Source: Octopus sinensis (Eukaryota). Taken from it: a stretch of DNA of 18,692 nt. Positions within the stretch are counted from its first letter, which is position 1. Every line of letters starts with the position of its first letter. The notes under the pieces were generated by a model, which did not search any database, was not told the DNA's origin, and worked only from the letters and a program-made list of their open reading frames with translations. Shown here in pieces: positions 18,599-18,692 of the stretch. The stretch covers positions 1 to 18,692 of the forward strand of contig NW_021824453.1 of the NCBI RefSeq assembly GCF_006345805.1. Direction: 5' to 3'. The translations under genes and the position numbers were made by a program.

Positions 18599-18692
18599 CT
18601 CAAAACGAACGAATGAAGGTCACTGTAGGTGGTCAGTTGAACTGCTAGATATCGCAACCGAATACCCTCAGATAACATACCAATGTTTTAGA

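Overview
Repeat-saturated eukaryotic DNA, most likely an intron or intergenic stretch of a coleoid cephalopod (Octopus-like). The host assignment is inferred from the SINE families and microsatellite density, not from a search. No intact host protein-coding gene is supportable, and nearly all listed ORFs are translated microsatellites. The window holds at least four SINE or SINE-like families, a CR1/L2 LINE 3' stub, and non-autonomous hAT, piggyBac-like and Tigger/pogo-like DNA elements. At 9871-13732 a Tigger-like MITE appears to contain a Helitron block, which in turn contains an L1/Tx1-type ORF1-only retroelement with a CCHC knuckle, a distinct C-terminal region and no ORF2. The most notable signal is a set of minimal type I hammerhead-ribozyme-like motifs with palindromic stem III, the form known from Penelope-like elements. 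One has a fully canonical core (14327-14370, +). Three variant-core copies of a second family occur at 2262-2307, 2346-2389 and 4212-4258, two of them in a spacerless ~196-bp palindrome. One atypical candidate lies at 4762-4840. All alignments and folds were done by eye.
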